From: Bacteroidales bacterium
GTDB taxonomy: Bacteria > Bacteroidota > Bacteroidia > Bacteroidales > GCA-2748055
Direction of reading: 5' to 3'
DNA: 64,000 nucleotides
Assembly (NCBI GenBank): GCA_029931975.1
Contig: JAOZQY010000009.1
Coordinates: 8,328-72,327, forward strand
A model generated the notes under the pieces. It was given only the letters and a program-made list of their open reading frames with translations. It was not told where the DNA came from and made no database searches. The translations under genes and the position numbers were made by a program. Shown piece by piece: positions 1-10,985 of the stretch (the stretch's first letter is position 1; every line of letters starts with the position of its first letter).

Positions 1-1
1 C

Positions 2-2896
2 CAGCCTTTTTCTCCAGCTGCCGGCTCCGGACTCAGCACACATGAATTAAACCAGCCAGGCTGTTACCGCGATATAAAAGACACCACTGTAGTAGCACAA
101 TTTAAGGTGATCCGTGACGATATTTCGGCACCGCTGTTTGAAGCCATCGATACCGATCTCTATATCATGGCATGGACCACCACACCATGGACCCTTCCTT
201 CCAATACTGCGCTCACGGTGGGAGCAAAAATAGAATATGTGCTGGTACGCACCTTTAATCCATATACAGGCATCCCCATTACCGTGGTGCTTGCCAAAGA
301 ATTGATGGAACGATTCTTCCCTGAAACAAATGCAGAATTACCCCTGGATGAATATGAAACAGGCAACAAGCTTGTTCCCTACAAAGTTGTGAAGAGCCTG
401 AAGGGTAGCGAACTGAAAGGGCTCTCCTATGAGCAATTGCTTGACTGGGTAAAACCTGAAGGTAAAGCCTTCAAGGTGGTAACGGGCGATTTTGTGACCA
501 CCGAGGATGGTACCGGAATAGTACATACAGCACCCACCTTTGGGGCGGATGACTTCCGTGTGGCTATGACAAATAATATTTCAGCTCTGACAGTGCTGGA
601 TAAAGCAGGCAATATTCAACCTCTGGTGGACCGAAAAGGTCGTTTTTTCAAACTCAGTGATCTGGATGAAACTTTTGTTCGGGAGCATGTTAACCTGAAA
701 TCTTATGGCCCCTATGAGGGAAAGTATGTAAAGAACGAATACGACGAAAGCAAGGGAGAAAAGGATCCCACCATTGATGTGGATATCGCCGTGCAGCTGA
801 AGCTGGATAACAAAGCCTTTCGCATTGAAAAGCATGTACACAACTACCCCCACTGCTGGCGTACCGATAAACCTGTCCTATATTACCCTCTCGATAGCTG
901 GTTTGTGCGTACCACGGCCATGAAGGAGCGAATGATGGAGTTGAATAAAACCATTAACTGGAAACCAGAATCGACCGGAACGGGCCGTTTTGGAAAATGG
1001 TTGGAGAACCTGGTTGACTGGAACCTTAGCCGGTCGCGTTTCTGGGGAACCCCACTACCCATCTGGGTGACAGAGGACAAGAAGGAACAGATATGCATTG
1101 GTTCGGTGGCCGAACTGAAACTTGAGGTGGAGAAAGCGGTGGCTGCAGGTCTTATGTCCTCCAATCCACTGGCCGATTTTACTGAAGGGGATAACTCAAA
1201 GGAAAACTACAATGTTTTTGATCTGCACCGACCCTTCGTGGATGACCTGGTTTTGGTAAGTGCATCGGGACAGGCTATGTTCCGTGAACCGGTTCTGATC
1301 GATGTTTGGTTCGATTCCGGCTCCATGCCCTATGCACAATACCACTACCCCTTTGAACATAAAGATGATTTTGACCAGCTCTTCCCTGCCGATTTTATTG
1401 CCGAAGGGGTCGACCAGACCCGCGGGTGGTTCTTTACCCTTCACGCCATCGCCACCACTCTTTTCGATAGCGTTGCTTTTAAGAATATTATTTCGAACGG
1501 ACTGGTGCTGGATAAGAATGGAAACAAAATGTCGAAGCGACTGGGCAATGGGGTGGATCCTTTCGGGGCCATTGAAAAATACGGATCAGATCCCCTGCGC
1601 TGGTATATGATCACCAATTCCCAGCCCTGGGACAATCTGAAATTTGATATTTCCGGAGTGGATGAGGTAAAACGGAAATTTTTTGGTACACTCTATAACA
1701 CGTACTCCTTCTTTGCTCTCTATGCCAATGTTGATGGTTTTACCTATGGAGCAGGAGAGGTCGCGGTGGAGGAGCGGCCAGAAATTGATCGCTGGATCAT
1801 CTCCCTGCTGAACACGTTGATCAAAGACGTGGGCGAGCAGTATGAAGATTATGAACCGACTCGGGCTGCACGATTGATTCAGGATTTTGTTACTGAAAAC
1901 CTCAGTAACTGGTATGTGCGTCTAAACAGGAAAAGATACTGGGGTGGTGAATTTGATTCCGATAAACGGGCAGCCTACCAGACCCTTTATACCTGCCTGG
2001 AAACTGTCTCCATGCTGGCAGCTCCGATTGCCCCCTTCTATATGGACAAACTGTTCAATGACCTGAATGCTATTACAGGCCGTCATAAAGCAGAATCTGT
2101 GCATCTTTCCTCTTTTCCTGAATACAATGAATCGCTGATTGATACTGCCCTCGAAAAACGAATGGATGTAGCACAGAAGCTCTCTTCCATGGTCCTTGGT
2201 CTGCGTCGAAAAGTGAATATTAAGGTTCGTCAGCCCTTGAATAAAATTATGTTGCCCGTTTCCGGTCCAGGCTTCCAAAAGCAGGTGGAGGCCGTAAAAC
2301 CCCTGATACTTAACGAAGTCAATATAAAGGAGATTGAATATATCACCGATACCACCGGCATACTGGTCAAGCGTATCAAACCCAATTTCAAGACACTGGG
2401 GCCAAGATATGGCAAGCTGATGAAAGAAGTGAGTGGAGCCATTACCAGCATGGACCAGGAACAGATTGCCCGCTTTGAAAAAGACCAGACCTGCGAAATT
2501 GACGCGGGCGGAGCAAGCCTTCGGCTTACTCTGGATGATGTGGAGATTATCTCAGAAGACATTCCGGGCTGGTTGGTAGCCAACGAAGGGGCCATCACTG
2601 TCGCTCTCGATATTCATGTAACTGAGAAGCTTCGACAGGAGGGTATTTCCCGTGAACTGGTCAACCGTATTCAGAATATCCGAAAGGAGAGTGGGTTTGA
2701 TGTGACAGACAAAATTGAAGTGCTGATAGAAAGGCACGAACTCATTAACGACGCCGTTGAATTACATGGTAAATATATTGGTGCACAAACACTTGCAGAA
2801 TCTGTCCAGCTGACAGACTCTCTCGAAAATAGCGGAAGTAAACGCATAGATATTGATGAAGATACCTACATAAATATCCGTGTGACCCGCATATAA
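2..2896 (+). CDS. ileS: isoleucine--tRNA ligase, 5'-truncated by the window edge
   Basis: The frame is open from nt 2 (QPFSPAAGSGLSTHELNQPGCYRDIKDTTVVAQFKV precedes the listed start at 107). It has the class I KMSKS loop NGNKMSKRLGNGVDP and WFDSGSMPY. Stop at 2894-2896. Confidence 0.95.
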   Translation, partial: QPFSPAAGSGLSTHELNQPGCYRDIKDTTVVAQFKVIRDDISAPLFEAIDTDLYIMAWTTTPWTLPSNTALTVGAKIEYVLVRTFNPYTGIPITVVLAKELMERFFPETNAELPLDEYETGNKLVPYKVVKSLKGSELKGLSYEQLLDWVKPEGKAFKVVTGDFVTTEDGTGIVHTAPTFGADDFRVAMTNNISALTVLDKAGNIQPLVDRKGRFFKLSDLDETFVREHVNLKSYGPYEGKYVKNEYDESKGEKDPTIDVDIAVQLKLDNKAFRIEKHVHNYPHCWRTDKPVLYYPLDSWFVRTTAMKERMMELNKTINWKPESTGTGRFGKWLENLVDWNLSRSRFWGTPLPIWVTEDKKEQICIGSVAELKLEVEKAVAAGLMSSNPLADFTEGDNSKENYNVFDLHRPFVDDLVLVSASGQAMFREPVLIDVWFDSGSMPYAQYHYPFEHKDDFDQLFPADFIAEGVDQTRGWFFTLHAIATTLFDSVAFKNIISNGLVLDKNGNKMSKRLGNGVDPFGAIEKYGSDPLRWYMITNSQPWDNLKFDISGVDEVKRKFFGTLYNTYSFFALYANVDGFTYGAGEVAVEERPEIDRWIISLLNTLIKDVGEQYEDYEPTRAARLIQDFVTENLSNWYVRLNRKRYWGGEFDSDKRAAYQTLYTCLETVSMLAAPIAPFYMDKLFNDLNAITGRHKAESVHLSSFPEYNESLIDTALEKRMDVAQKLSSMVLGLRRKVNIKVRQPLNKIMLPVSGPGFQKQVEAVKPLILNEVNIKEIEYITDTTGILVKRIKPNFKTLGPRYGKLMKEVSGAITSMDQEQIARFEKDQTCEIDAGGASLRLTLDDVEIISEDIPGWLVANEGAITVALDIHVTEKLRQEGISRELVNRIQNIRKESGFDVTDKIEVLIERHELINDAVELHGKYIGAQTLAESVQLTDSLENSGSKRIDIDEDTYINIRVTRI

Positions 2897-2953
2897 AACA
2901 AGCTAGTAAATCAATAAATATTGTATATTTAGCAAACTAAAGAAAAAACCATC

Positions 2954-3328
2954 ATGGCTGATAAGAACAGATATACAGATGCGGAGCTGCAGGAGTTCAA
3001 AGAGCTGATACAGCAGAAACTTGATAAGGCCAGAGAAGATTATGAGATTTTAAAATCTACTATTACCCAGAGTGAAAGTAACGATACACAGGATACTTCA
3101 CCCACCTTCAAAGTACTTGAGGAAGGAGCTGCCACGCTCTCCAAAGAAGAAGCCGGAAGGCTGGCTACCCGCCAGGCAAAATTTATTCAGCATTTGCAAG
3201 GAGCCCTGATAAGAATAGAGAATAAGACCTATGGTATCTGCAGGGAGACCGGTAAACTTATTTCCAAAGAGCGACTAAGGGCTGTACCTCATGCCACGCT
3301 CTCCATGGAAGCAAAATCAAGACAATAG
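2954..3328 (+). CDS. DksA/TraR-family regulator-like protein (cysteine-poor variant)
   Basis: 124-aa ORF with a helical N-terminal half. The C-terminus YGICRETGKLISKERLRAVPHATLSMEAK resembles DksA/TraR tails but has a single Cys. Its position between ileS and lspA is typical of Bacteroidota. Confidence 0.7.
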   Translation: MADKNRYTDAELQEFKELIQQKLDKAREDYEILKSTITQSESNDTQDTSPTFKVLEEGAATLSKEEAGRLATRQAKFIQHLQGALIRIENKTYGICRETGKLISKERLRAVPHATLSMEAKSRQ

Positions 3329-3353
3329 TCCATTAATATCTCAAAATACAACA

Positions 3354-3968
3354 ATGTCCCTTACCAGGAAATCCATACTGATTGTCCTGCTTATCCTCAT
3401 GGCCGATCAGACCCTGAAGATATTGGTCAAAACCAATATGACGCTCTATCAACAGATCCCTATATTTGGAAACTGGGGTATTCTGCATTTTGTTGAAAAC
3501 AACGGCATGGCTTTTGGAATGGCCCTGCCGGGAAGCCTTGGTAAAATTCTGCTTACCTCCTTCCGCTTACTTGCCTCGGTGGCCATCGGTTTTTATTTGC
3601 GCCACCTGATTAGGGTCAAGGCACATGCGGGTCTTGTAATCGCCCTTTCTATGGTCCTGGCCGGAGCCCTCGGTAATATTATTGATTCGGTTTTTTATGG
3701 GATGCTTTTCAGCAGCAGCAGCCCGGTTCAGGCTGCAAGCATGTTCCCCGAAGGTGGTGGATATGCACCCCTGATGCAGGGTAAGGTGGTGGATATGTTT
3801 TACTTTCCCCTAATCAAAGGGAACTACCCCTCCTGGTTTCGTGGAGGGTCTAATTTTATCTTCTTCAGACCCGTTTTTAATATTGCCGATTCCAGCATTT
3901 CTGTAGCTGTTGCCATTATTCTGTTCCAGCAGAAAAAATTCTTCAAACACGTCGAGAATAAATCCTGA
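3354..3968 (+). CDS. lspA: lipoprotein signal peptidase II
   Basis: Motifs VENNGMAFGM and FNIADSSISVAV, with multiple TM segments. Start placed at ATG 3354 (MSLTRKSILIVLL) rather than 3291, which would overlap the upstream gene by 38 nt. Confidence 0.9.
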   Translation: MSLTRKSILIVLLILMADQTLKILVKTNMTLYQQIPIFGNWGILHFVENNGMAFGMALPGSLGKILLTSFRLLASVAIGFYLRHLIRVKAHAGLVIALSMVLAGALGNIIDSVFYGMLFSSSSPVQAASMFPEGGGYAPLMQGKVVDMFYFPLIKGNYPSWFRGGSNFIFFRPVFNIADSSISVAVAIILFQQKKFFKHVENKS

Positions 3969-3969
3969 T

Positions 3970-4590
3970 TTATTTTTTTTCAGCTGAAGCAAACACCTCT
4001 GCAGAGCCAGCTCCACAGCTTATAATTGTTTTCATTCCCAGATCCACAGGAGCTCCCGTCCTGGTAACCCTTTCTTTTTCAAGATGGTATATGTTTCCCG
4101 AAGTAGGATTGGGACCCGTGGGTACGAATACCGAAATGATATCGCCCTGATCATCGGTAATAAATCCGGTCATCAATACCCCCGAATTAAAAATATCCAC
4201 CAGTACCACCTCCTTGAAAAATGAGCGGTTTTTTCCAAAAAATTGCTGCACTGTTTCTTTGGCAAGTTTGTACCCAGGTATCTTCAGGAGGTAACGATCT
4301 TCCGCCCTGTTCAGAAAGCGGAATAACCTGGATCGGATAATAAGGCCGATAATAAAAAAGAAGAGCAAAATGGCAATAAATGAAATCAGATAGAGCGCAA
4401 ATTTATAATAAGGATTGGGGTCGGGATTCTGTATGATTGTATTCACCAGGGGAGTAAGAGTGCGGCCAATCAGATTAATTACCCACCTGAACAAAAGAAT
4501 TATCAGGGTCAGGGGAGCCAGGGCTACCACACCCCCGATCAGGGTGGTGCGAAGAAAAGTCCGAATACGCTTGAAAAAATTGATTTGCAT
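3970..4590 (-). CDS. DUF502-type membrane protein
   Basis: Two N-terminal TM helices followed by a soluble domain (GYKLAKETVQQFF...VPTGPNPTSGNIYHL). Start placed at ATG 4590 (MQINFFKRIR). Confidence 0.65.
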   Translation of the reverse strand: MQINFFKRIRTFLRTTLIGGVVALAPLTLIILLFRWVINLIGRTLTPLVNTIIQNPDPNPYYKFALYLISFIAILLFFFIIGLIIRSRLFRFLNRAEDRYLLKIPGYKLAKETVQQFFGKNRSFFKEVVLVDIFNSGVLMTGFITDDQGDIISVFVPTGPNPTSGNIYHLEKERVTRTGAPVDLGMKTIISCGAGSAEVFASAEKK

Positions 4591-4629
4591 GGTACGAAGT
4601 ATTATATTCAATGTAAAATTAACCAAGAT

Positions 4630-5433
4630 ATGAGAACTCCGCCAATAATATTCCTTATTGTGCTCCTTTCACCGGTATTGCATGCACAGGAAACCGTCAC
4701 CGAAAAACCACTTTCCTATGTGGGTCATCGCGGAGCCTCTTACCTCGCACCAGAAAACACATTGGCCTCCATACAACTTGCCTGGGAACTGGGGGCCGAT
4801 GGTGCCGAATGCGATGTGATGTTGACCGCCGATCAGAAGGTAGTGGTATTTCATGATAAGAACACCAAAAAACTAACGGGCGAAAACTATACAATAAAAG
4901 ACACCCCCTGGGAACAGCTTAAGACCCTTGTTATTATTCCGCGGGAGACCAACCGACCGGAGTATAGCAAGCAAACCATTCCCCTTCTGGAAGATCTGCT
5001 TGCCACCATACCCGAAGATCGCATGCTGGTCATCGAGATTAAAACAGGGCCGGAAATTCTTCCTTTTCTGCAAAAAGTGATCGAAAAGCACTGGAAAAGA
5101 GGAAACATCAGTTTTATCGCCTTCAACTTCGAAACCATCAGACAAACTAAAACTCTTTACCCGGATGTTCCCTGTTACTACCTCTCCTCATTCAGAGCTG
5201 ATCTTAATAAGCACATGGACACCATTCTGGAAGCGAAACTCGACGGGGTAGACCTCCGGTATACCATTATTGATGCAAAGCTAATGGAACGATGCAAGGC
5301 CTCCGGTCTGGATGTGTGGTGCTGGACGGTCAACGATCCGGAGACCGCCCGGAAGATGAGGGAACTGGGGGTTACGGCTATCACAACGGACCGGCCGGCC
5401 TGGTTAAAAGTCTCTTTGCAAACAGAGATTTAA
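4630..5433 (+). CDS. glycerophosphodiester phosphodiesterase (GDPD family), secreted
   Basis: HRGASYLAPENTLASI and AECDV motifs, with an N-terminal signal peptide (MRTPPIIFLIVLLSPVLHAQ). Start at ATG 4630. Confidence 0.85.
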   Translation: MRTPPIIFLIVLLSPVLHAQETVTEKPLSYVGHRGASYLAPENTLASIQLAWELGADGAECDVMLTADQKVVVFHDKNTKKLTGENYTIKDTPWEQLKTLVIIPRETNRPEYSKQTIPLLEDLLATIPEDRMLVIEIKTGPEILPFLQKVIEKHWKRGNISFIAFNFETIRQTKTLYPDVPCYYLSSFRADLNKHMDTILEAKLDGVDLRYTIIDAKLMERCKASGLDVWCWTVNDPETARKMRELGVTAITTDRPAWLKVSLQTEI

Positions 5434-5487
5434 ACCTATTCTCAGAAAGAATTGTTTACTTTGTGTTCTCCTTATACTAAAAAGAAA

Positions 5488-6594
5488 ATGAAACATATAA
5501 TGCTCCTTTTGCTGGCTGTACTTACCCTGGCCTGCACCGCTTCTGAACCTCAAAAAGCCGAAGCAAAAAAACCTACTAATATTGTTTTCCTGATTGGTGA
5601 TGGAATGGGGCTCTCAGCAGTCTCCACCGGTTTTTATTTTGGCGATCAGCCTTCTGTTTTTAACCGTTTTAACGAGATCGGTTTGCAGCAAACTTCTTCG
5701 GCCACCCATAAGGTAACCGATTCTGCTGCCAGCGGCACCGCCCTGGCAACAGGAACAAAAACCTATAATGGAGCCATAGGCATTGATACCAGCAAAGTGG
5801 CGCATCAGAGTATTGCTGAACTGGTGGCCTCTCTGGGTTGGAGTACCGGTGTAGTGGCCACATCCACTATTTCACACGCCACACCAGCCTCCTTCTATGC
5901 GCATGTGGAATTACGCGCTATGGAAGAGGAGATTGCTGTCCAGCTGCTGAATTCTGAAATCGATTTCTTTGCAGGTGGTGGTCGGGCCAAATTCAACAAG
6001 CGCGCAGACAGCACCAACCTTCTTCCGCTTGCTGCAGAGAAAGGTTTTATTATTGATACAAGCGCTCTGGCAGCTCCGGGTACTCTGAGTGCTGATCAGA
6101 AATACGGATTCCTGCTGCAGGCTGGAGCCATGCCCTCCATGATCCATGGAAGAGGAAATTTTTTGCCCGATGCCACCACCCTGGCCATCTCCTACCTTTC
6201 ACAAAACCAGGAAGGATTCTTCCTGATGGTTGAGGGTTCACAGATCGACTGGGCTGGTCACTCCAACAACTCTGAGTATCTTGTGAGCGAAATGCTCGAC
6301 TTTGAAAAAGTAATCGCCGCCGCTCTGGACTTTGCCGAGAAAGACGGAAATACACTGGTGGTAGTTACTGCCGATCATGAGACCGGGGGGTTCACCCTGG
6401 GCCCCCTGACAGGAGAAACCAATGAGGCCGGTTATTCAGACTATTCCGATATAAGTCCTGTTTTTGCAACGGGTCAACACTCAGCCACACTGATTCCCGT
6501 ATTTGCTTATGGCCCCGGTGCTGAGAAGTTTAAAGGCATCTACCAGAATACAGCGATCCACAACAAAATGGCCGAACTGGCAAAGGGTGAATAA
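5488..6594 (+). CDS. alkaline phosphatase (PhoA family), lipoprotein-type signal
   Basis: Motifs FLIGDGMG, DSAASGTALATG (nucleophile motif), DWAGH and ADHETGG. Signal peptide MKHIMLLLLAVLTLAC. Confidence 0.9.
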   Translation: MKHIMLLLLAVLTLACTASEPQKAEAKKPTNIVFLIGDGMGLSAVSTGFYFGDQPSVFNRFNEIGLQQTSSATHKVTDSAASGTALATGTKTYNGAIGIDTSKVAHQSIAELVASLGWSTGVVATSTISHATPASFYAHVELRAMEEEIAVQLLNSEIDFFAGGGRAKFNKRADSTNLLPLAAEKGFIIDTSALAAPGTLSADQKYGFLLQAGAMPSMIHGRGNFLPDATTLAISYLSQNQEGFFLMVEGSQIDWAGHSNNSEYLVSEMLDFEKVIAAALDFAEKDGNTLVVVTADHETGGFTLGPLTGETNEAGYSDYSDISPVFATGQHSATLIPVFAYGPGAEKFKGIYQNTAIHNKMAELAKGE

Positions 6595-6624
6595 GAACAA
6601 TCGAATTATATTTGGTGGGAACTC

Positions 6625-7212
6625 TTACCTTTTCAGGATGCCATAAAAGAGAACACGGATCAGATCATCCATCAGTTCTTCCCGATCGGTTCTATGGCCC
6701 TCGCTCAGCAAGAGGGGCAGTTCCAGGCCCTTCATCATGGTAGAAATGGCAATGGCGCCTATTTTTGAAGAGCCTAGTTGAAAGGCCCCTTGCTCCATTC
6801 CCTCCCCAAGGATCGTGCAAACCAACTGCTGCTCCTCTATCTCAAATTTGTGCCTGATGTCCAGAATGAACCCCAGATGGGAGAGTGATTCTTCATTCAG
6901 TGCTGCATAGAAATTCTCCAGGGTTCTTACATAGTGAAGCCTGAAGAGGATATAGGCCTTTAAGCGGTCTGTAGGTGTATCGCTTTTTTTGATGACCCGC
7001 CTGAGTCTTTCTTTCAGCACTCCGGCTTCATATTCTACAACTGCCTGGAAAATTTTTTCTTTACTCTCAAAATAGTAATAGATCGAGCTTTTCCCCTTTT
7101 TGGAGGCCTTGGCAATCTCCTCCATGGTGGTCCTTTTGAAACCATTCCTGGTGAAAATTCTGCGGGCTATTCCAACAATAAAAGATCTGACCTCCTTTTT
7201 GACAACAACCAT
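6625..7212 (-). CDS. TetR/AcrR-family transcriptional regulator
   Basis: N-terminal HTH FTRNGFKRTTMEEIAKASKKGKSSIYYYFESKE. 195 aa. Confidence 0.85.
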   Translation of the reverse strand: MVVVKKEVRSFIVGIARRIFTRNGFKRTTMEEIAKASKKGKSSIYYYFESKEKIFQAVVEYEAGVLKERLRRVIKKSDTPTDRLKAYILFRLHYVRTLENFYAALNEESLSHLGFILDIRHKFEIEEQQLVCTILGEGMEQGAFQLGSSKIGAIAISTMMKGLELPLLLSEGHRTDREELMDDLIRVLFYGILKR

Positions 7213-7235
7213 AGGTCAACTATTCGTTCACTCCC

Positions 7236-7243
7236 CAAATTTA
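7236..7243 (-). promoter_or_regulatory. Bacteroidota -7 box TAAATTTG (TAnnTTTG) upstream of the TetR gene
   Basis: CAAATTTA on the + strand, 24 nt upstream of start 7212. It overlaps the rnr stop codon. Confidence 0.4.
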
Positions 7244-9439
7244 AAACTCTTCTTCCGGTTCCACAAGTCTGTAATCGAGTTGCCTCCGGGATAAGTTGGC
7301 AGTCATCACTTCGATATTCACTTCATCACCAATCTCAAATTTCTTGCCCGACTGACGACCAATAATCATATACTCCTCTTCGTTGAATTCATAAAAATCA
7401 TCCGCAATGCTTTTAATGGAGACCATTCCTTCGCACTTATTTTCCACGATCTCCACATAGATTCCCCAATCGGTAAGACCCGAAACTATTCCCGGGAAAA
7501 TCTTTCCAATCTTGTCCTGCATAAATTCCACCTGTTTGTATTTGGTGGATGCCCTTTCGGCATTTACTGACCGACGCTCCATTTCTGAAGCATGCTCACA
7601 ACGCTTTTCATAGGTTTCAGCATTTTTCGATTCGCCTTTTTCCAGGTAGTGGGCCAGTAAACGGTGCACCATCAGGTCAGGATAGCGCCTGATGGGAGAG
7701 GTGAAATGGGCATAATCCTTGAAGGCCAGACCATAATGACCAATGTTATTGGTGGAATAGCGCGCCTTGGCCATGGAGCGAAGCGCCATCATTTCCACCA
7801 CATTTTGTTCCTTCTTCCCTTGCACCTGGTCCAGTAATTTATTCAGCGCTATGGAGAGGCGACGGCCCGATTGCTGGGGGTTCAGTGTATGTCCAAACTT
7901 GCCTATAAAACGGGTGAAGGAGTCCATTTTTTCTGGATCAGGCACGTCGTGGATGCGGTAAACAAAGGTTTTCCCCACCTGTTTTTTTCCCTTGGCCTCG
8001 ACCGGGTTCACCTCTTTTTCATACCTTCCGCCGCGGCTGGCAAAGGCGGCTACTCTTTTATTGGCCAACAGCATAAATTCTTCGATAAGCCAGTTGGCCT
8101 CTTTCTGTACCTTGAAATAGACCCCGGTAGGAGTTCCATCCTCGGCCAGGTGGAACTTGACTTCTTCTCTTTCGAAATTCACCGAGCCGTTTTTGAAGCG
8201 TTTCTCTTTCAATATTTTTGAAATCTCATAGAGTTTCAATATCTCCAGTTTCAAATCACCTTCTCCTGTTTCAATAATCTGCTGGGCCTCTTCATAGCTG
8301 AATCGTCTGGCAGAATGAATCACAGTGCGACCGAACCACTCATCCAGCACTTCGCCCTGTTCATTCATCTTAAAAACAGCCGAAAAGGTAAGTTTATCTT
8401 CATTGGGACGAAGAGAACAAACGCCGTTTGAAAGCTTTTCAGGCAACATGGGAACAACGCGGTCGACCAGGTATACCGATGTGGCACGTTCATAGGCTTC
8501 GGTATCCAGAATGGTCTTGGTTTTTACATAGTGTGATACATCCGCAATATGGACCCCCACCTCCCACAATCCACCCTCAAGAGGCTGAAGTGAAAGTGCA
8601 TCGTCAAAGTCTTTGGCATCGGCCGGATCAATGGTAAAGGTGTTTACCTTTCGAAAATCTCTCCGCTTATTTATCTCTTCAGCCGTGATCCCGTCCGGAA
8701 TATTTTCAGCATAAGCCTCCACCTCTGCTGAAAATTTGATGGGGAGTTCAAATTCGGCCAGTATGGAATGCATCTCCGTATCGTTCTCCCCCGGATAACC
8801 CAGGATATCCACGATCTCTCCGAATGGGTTTTTTACCTTTTCGGGCCAATCGATAATGCGGGCAATGGCTTTCTGGCCATGCTCCACTCCCTTCAACTTC
8901 TCCAGTGGAATAAATATATCAAAGGGCATTTTGCGACTATCGGGAAGCAGAAAGGCATAATTTCGGGAAATCTCCACGGTTCCCACAAAGGTGTCTCGGG
9001 CACGCTCAAGGATATCTACCACCTCACCCTCGATACGAGAGCTTTGCTTGCGTTTCGGATAGACAATTACTTTGACCAGATCGCCGTCCAGGGCCGTTTT
9101 CAGGTTGTTTCGGGCAATAAATACATCATCTTCTGAACCTTCCGATACCAGGAAAGCATATCCATGCTGTGTCATATCCAGCGAACCGGTCCTGTACCCG
9201 GCCCGGCTCAGAAGGCGGTACCTCCCCGGTCCCAATTGCTCCAGCTGTTTCCTGGTAACCAACTCATCCAGCGTTTTGTTCACAATGGCCCTGCGCTGTT
9301 TATCATTAATAAAAAGCAGCTTCGAGATCTGCTTATAGTTATAGATCTGCCTGGGACTTCTTCCAAATATCCCCATGATCAATGTGGCAGCCTGTTCGCC
9401 TGAGAATTTGTCTTTGCCGGGTCTTTTACCTCTTCCCAT
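7241..9439 (-). CDS. rnr: ribonuclease R
   Basis: RNB motif IDPADAKDFDDALS and a C-terminal S1 domain (FPGIVSGLTDWGIYVEI). Start set to ATG 9439 (MGRGKRPGK), because the 99 upstream codons of the ORF run into the cysS promoter and 5' end. Confidence 0.9.
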   Translation of the reverse strand: MGRGKRPGKDKFSGEQAATLIMGIFGRSPRQIYNYKQISKLLFINDKQRRAIVNKTLDELVTRKQLEQLGPGRYRLLSRAGYRTGSLDMTQHGYAFLVSEGSEDDVFIARNNLKTALDGDLVKVIVYPKRKQSSRIEGEVVDILERARDTFVGTVEISRNYAFLLPDSRKMPFDIFIPLEKLKGVEHGQKAIARIIDWPEKVKNPFGEIVDILGYPGENDTEMHSILAEFELPIKFSAEVEAYAENIPDGITAEEINKRRDFRKVNTFTIDPADAKDFDDALSLQPLEGGLWEVGVHIADVSHYVKTKTILDTEAYERATSVYLVDRVVPMLPEKLSNGVCSLRPNEDKLTFSAVFKMNEQGEVLDEWFGRTVIHSARRFSYEEAQQIIETGEGDLKLEILKLYEISKILKEKRFKNGSVNFEREEVKFHLAEDGTPTGVYFKVQKEANWLIEEFMLLANKRVAAFASRGGRYEKEVNPVEAKGKKQVGKTFVYRIHDVPDPEKMDSFTRFIGKFGHTLNPQQSGRRLSIALNKLLDQVQGKKEQNVVEMMALRSMAKARYSTNNIGHYGLAFKDYAHFTSPIRRYPDLMVHRLLAHYLEKGESKNAETYEKRCEHASEMERRSVNAERASTKYKQVEFMQDKIGKIFPGIVSGLTDWGIYVEIVENKCEGMVSIKSIADDFYEFNEEEYMIIGRQSGKKFEIGDEVNIEVMTANLSRRQLDYRLVEPEEEF

Positions 9440-9472
9440 AATTCCTGCATTTTCGGTACGGTTTAAATTTAC

Positions 9473-9480
9473 TAATTTTG
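9473..9480 (+). promoter_or_regulatory. -7 box TAATTTTG upstream of cysS
   Basis: Matches TAnnTTTG, 32 nt before ATG 9512, in the 72-bp divergent rnr/cysS spacer. Confidence 0.4.
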
Positions 9481-9511
9481 TGTGCATCATGTAAAATATC
9501 CCGGAATAGTT

Positions 9512-10981
9512 ATGATAAATAATTTCCATATTTACAATACTCTGACCAGGAAAAAAGAGCCGTTCGAAGCTCTTAATCCTCCTAAGGTTGGTCTTTATGC
9601 CTGCGGCCCCACGGTATATGGTGATGCCCACCTGGGGCATGCCCGCCAAGCCATCACTTTCGATATACTTTTCAGGTATCTGCAACACCTCGGCTATAAA
9701 GTGAGGTATGTGCGAAACATCACCGATGTGGGTCACCTCGAAAACGATGCCGATGAAGGCGAGGATAAAATCCAGGTGAAGGCAAGGCTCGAATCACTGG
9801 AGCCCATGGAGGTAGTACAGCATTATATGAATCGCTACCATATGAATATGGATGCTCTCAATGTGCTTCGTCCCAGTATTGAGCCCCGGGCAAGCGGACA
9901 TATTATCGAGCAGCAGGAGCTGATTGTAAAAATTATGGATGCCGGCTATGCTTACGAAGTCAACGGCTCTGTTTATTTTGATGTAAACGCTTACAATGAA
10001 ACTCACCCTTATGGGCAGCTTTCCGGCAGGAAGGTTGAAGATTTGCTTTCCAACACACGGGCCCTGGACGGACAATCGGAGAAGAAAAGCGGGCTTGATT
10101 TTGCACTGTGGAAAAAAGCCGATCCCCTTCATATTATGCAATGGCCCTCAAAATGGAGCGATGGATATCCCGGCTGGCACCTGGAATGCTCGGCCATGAG
10201 CACCAAGTACCTGGGCGAGCAGTTCGATATCCACGGAGGCGGCATTGACCTGCTCTTTCCCCACCATGAATGTGAAATTGCACAGAATGTTGCAGGCTAT
10301 GGAAAAGCCGCCGTACGCTACTGGATGCACAACAATATGATCACTATTGGTGGTCAGAAAATGGGTCGTTCATTTGGCAACTTCATAACGCTGGACCAGC
10401 TCTTTGAGGGTGATCACGCTTTGCTGGAGCAGGCATACGGACCCATGACCATTCGCTTCTTCATCCTGCAGGCCCACTATCGCAGCACCCTCGATTTTTC
10501 CAACGAGGCTCTTAAGGCATCGGAGAAGGGCTTGATTCGTCTGCTTAATGCTGTGGCAACACTGGACAGCATTAAAACATCGGATACTTCCTCTGTTGAT
10601 GTGGCCACCCTGGAAGAACGATGCAGCCAAGCTATGGAGGACGATATGAATACGGCCAAATTGATCGGTCTCCTTCTGGGAGGTGTAAACATCATCCATA
10701 AACTGGCAGAAGGAAAAGAGAGCATTGCAGAAAAAGAACTGGAAAAACTTAAAAACATTTACTTCTCCTGGGTCTACTCTGTGCTTGGTTTGGAGCAGCC
10801 GGAAGAATCGGGAAAGGCAAACGAGATTACCGGCGATCTGATCACTATGATTCTGAACTTAAGAAACGATGCGAAATCGAGTCGAGACTTTGAAACTGCA
10901 GATCGTATTCGTAAGGAGCTCACGAATATGGGGATCACCGTGAAGGACCGGAAAGATGGTGCCGACTGGGAGATAAATTAA
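9512..10981 (+). CDS. cysS: cysteine--tRNA ligase
   Basis: HIGH motif HLGHAR and KMSKS motif KMGRSFGN. Start at ATG 9512 ([18 protein letters not shown]). Confidence 0.95.
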   Translation: MINNFHIYNTLTRKKEPFEALNPPKVGLYACGPTVYGDAHLGHARQAITFDILFRYLQHLGYKVRYVRNITDVGHLENDADEGEDKIQVKARLESLEPMEVVQHYMNRYHMNMDALNVLRPSIEPRASGHIIEQQELIVKIMDAGYAYEVNGSVYFDVNAYNETHPYGQLSGRKVEDLLSNTRALDGQSEKKSGLDFALWKKADPLHIMQWPSKWSDGYPGWHLECSAMSTKYLGEQFDIHGGGIDLLFPHHECEIAQNVAGYGKAAVRYWMHNNMITIGGQKMGRSFGNFITLDQLFEGDHALLEQAYGPMTIRFFILQAHYRSTLDFSNEALKASEKGLIRLLNAVATLDSIKTSDTSSVDVATLEERCSQAMEDDMNTAKLIGLLLGGVNIIHKLAEGKESIAEKELEKLKNIYFSWVYSVLGLEQPEESGKANEITGDLITMILNLRNDAKSSRDFETADRIRKELTNMGITVKDRKDGADWEIN

Positions 10982-10985
10982 GGGG

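Noticed and set aside
1308-1318. A tRNA T-arm-like string, GGTTCGATTCC.
   Set aside because: It lies in frame inside ileS, where it encodes part of WFDSGS. There is no flanking acceptor or anticodon stem. I found no tRNA, rRNA, tmRNA or RNase P RNA anywhere in the window.
9440-9736. A 99-codon upstream extension of the rnr ORF that overlaps cysS.
   Set aside because: It overlaps the cysS 5' end and promoter box on the opposite strand. The RNase R homology begins at MGRGKRPGK (ATG 9439).
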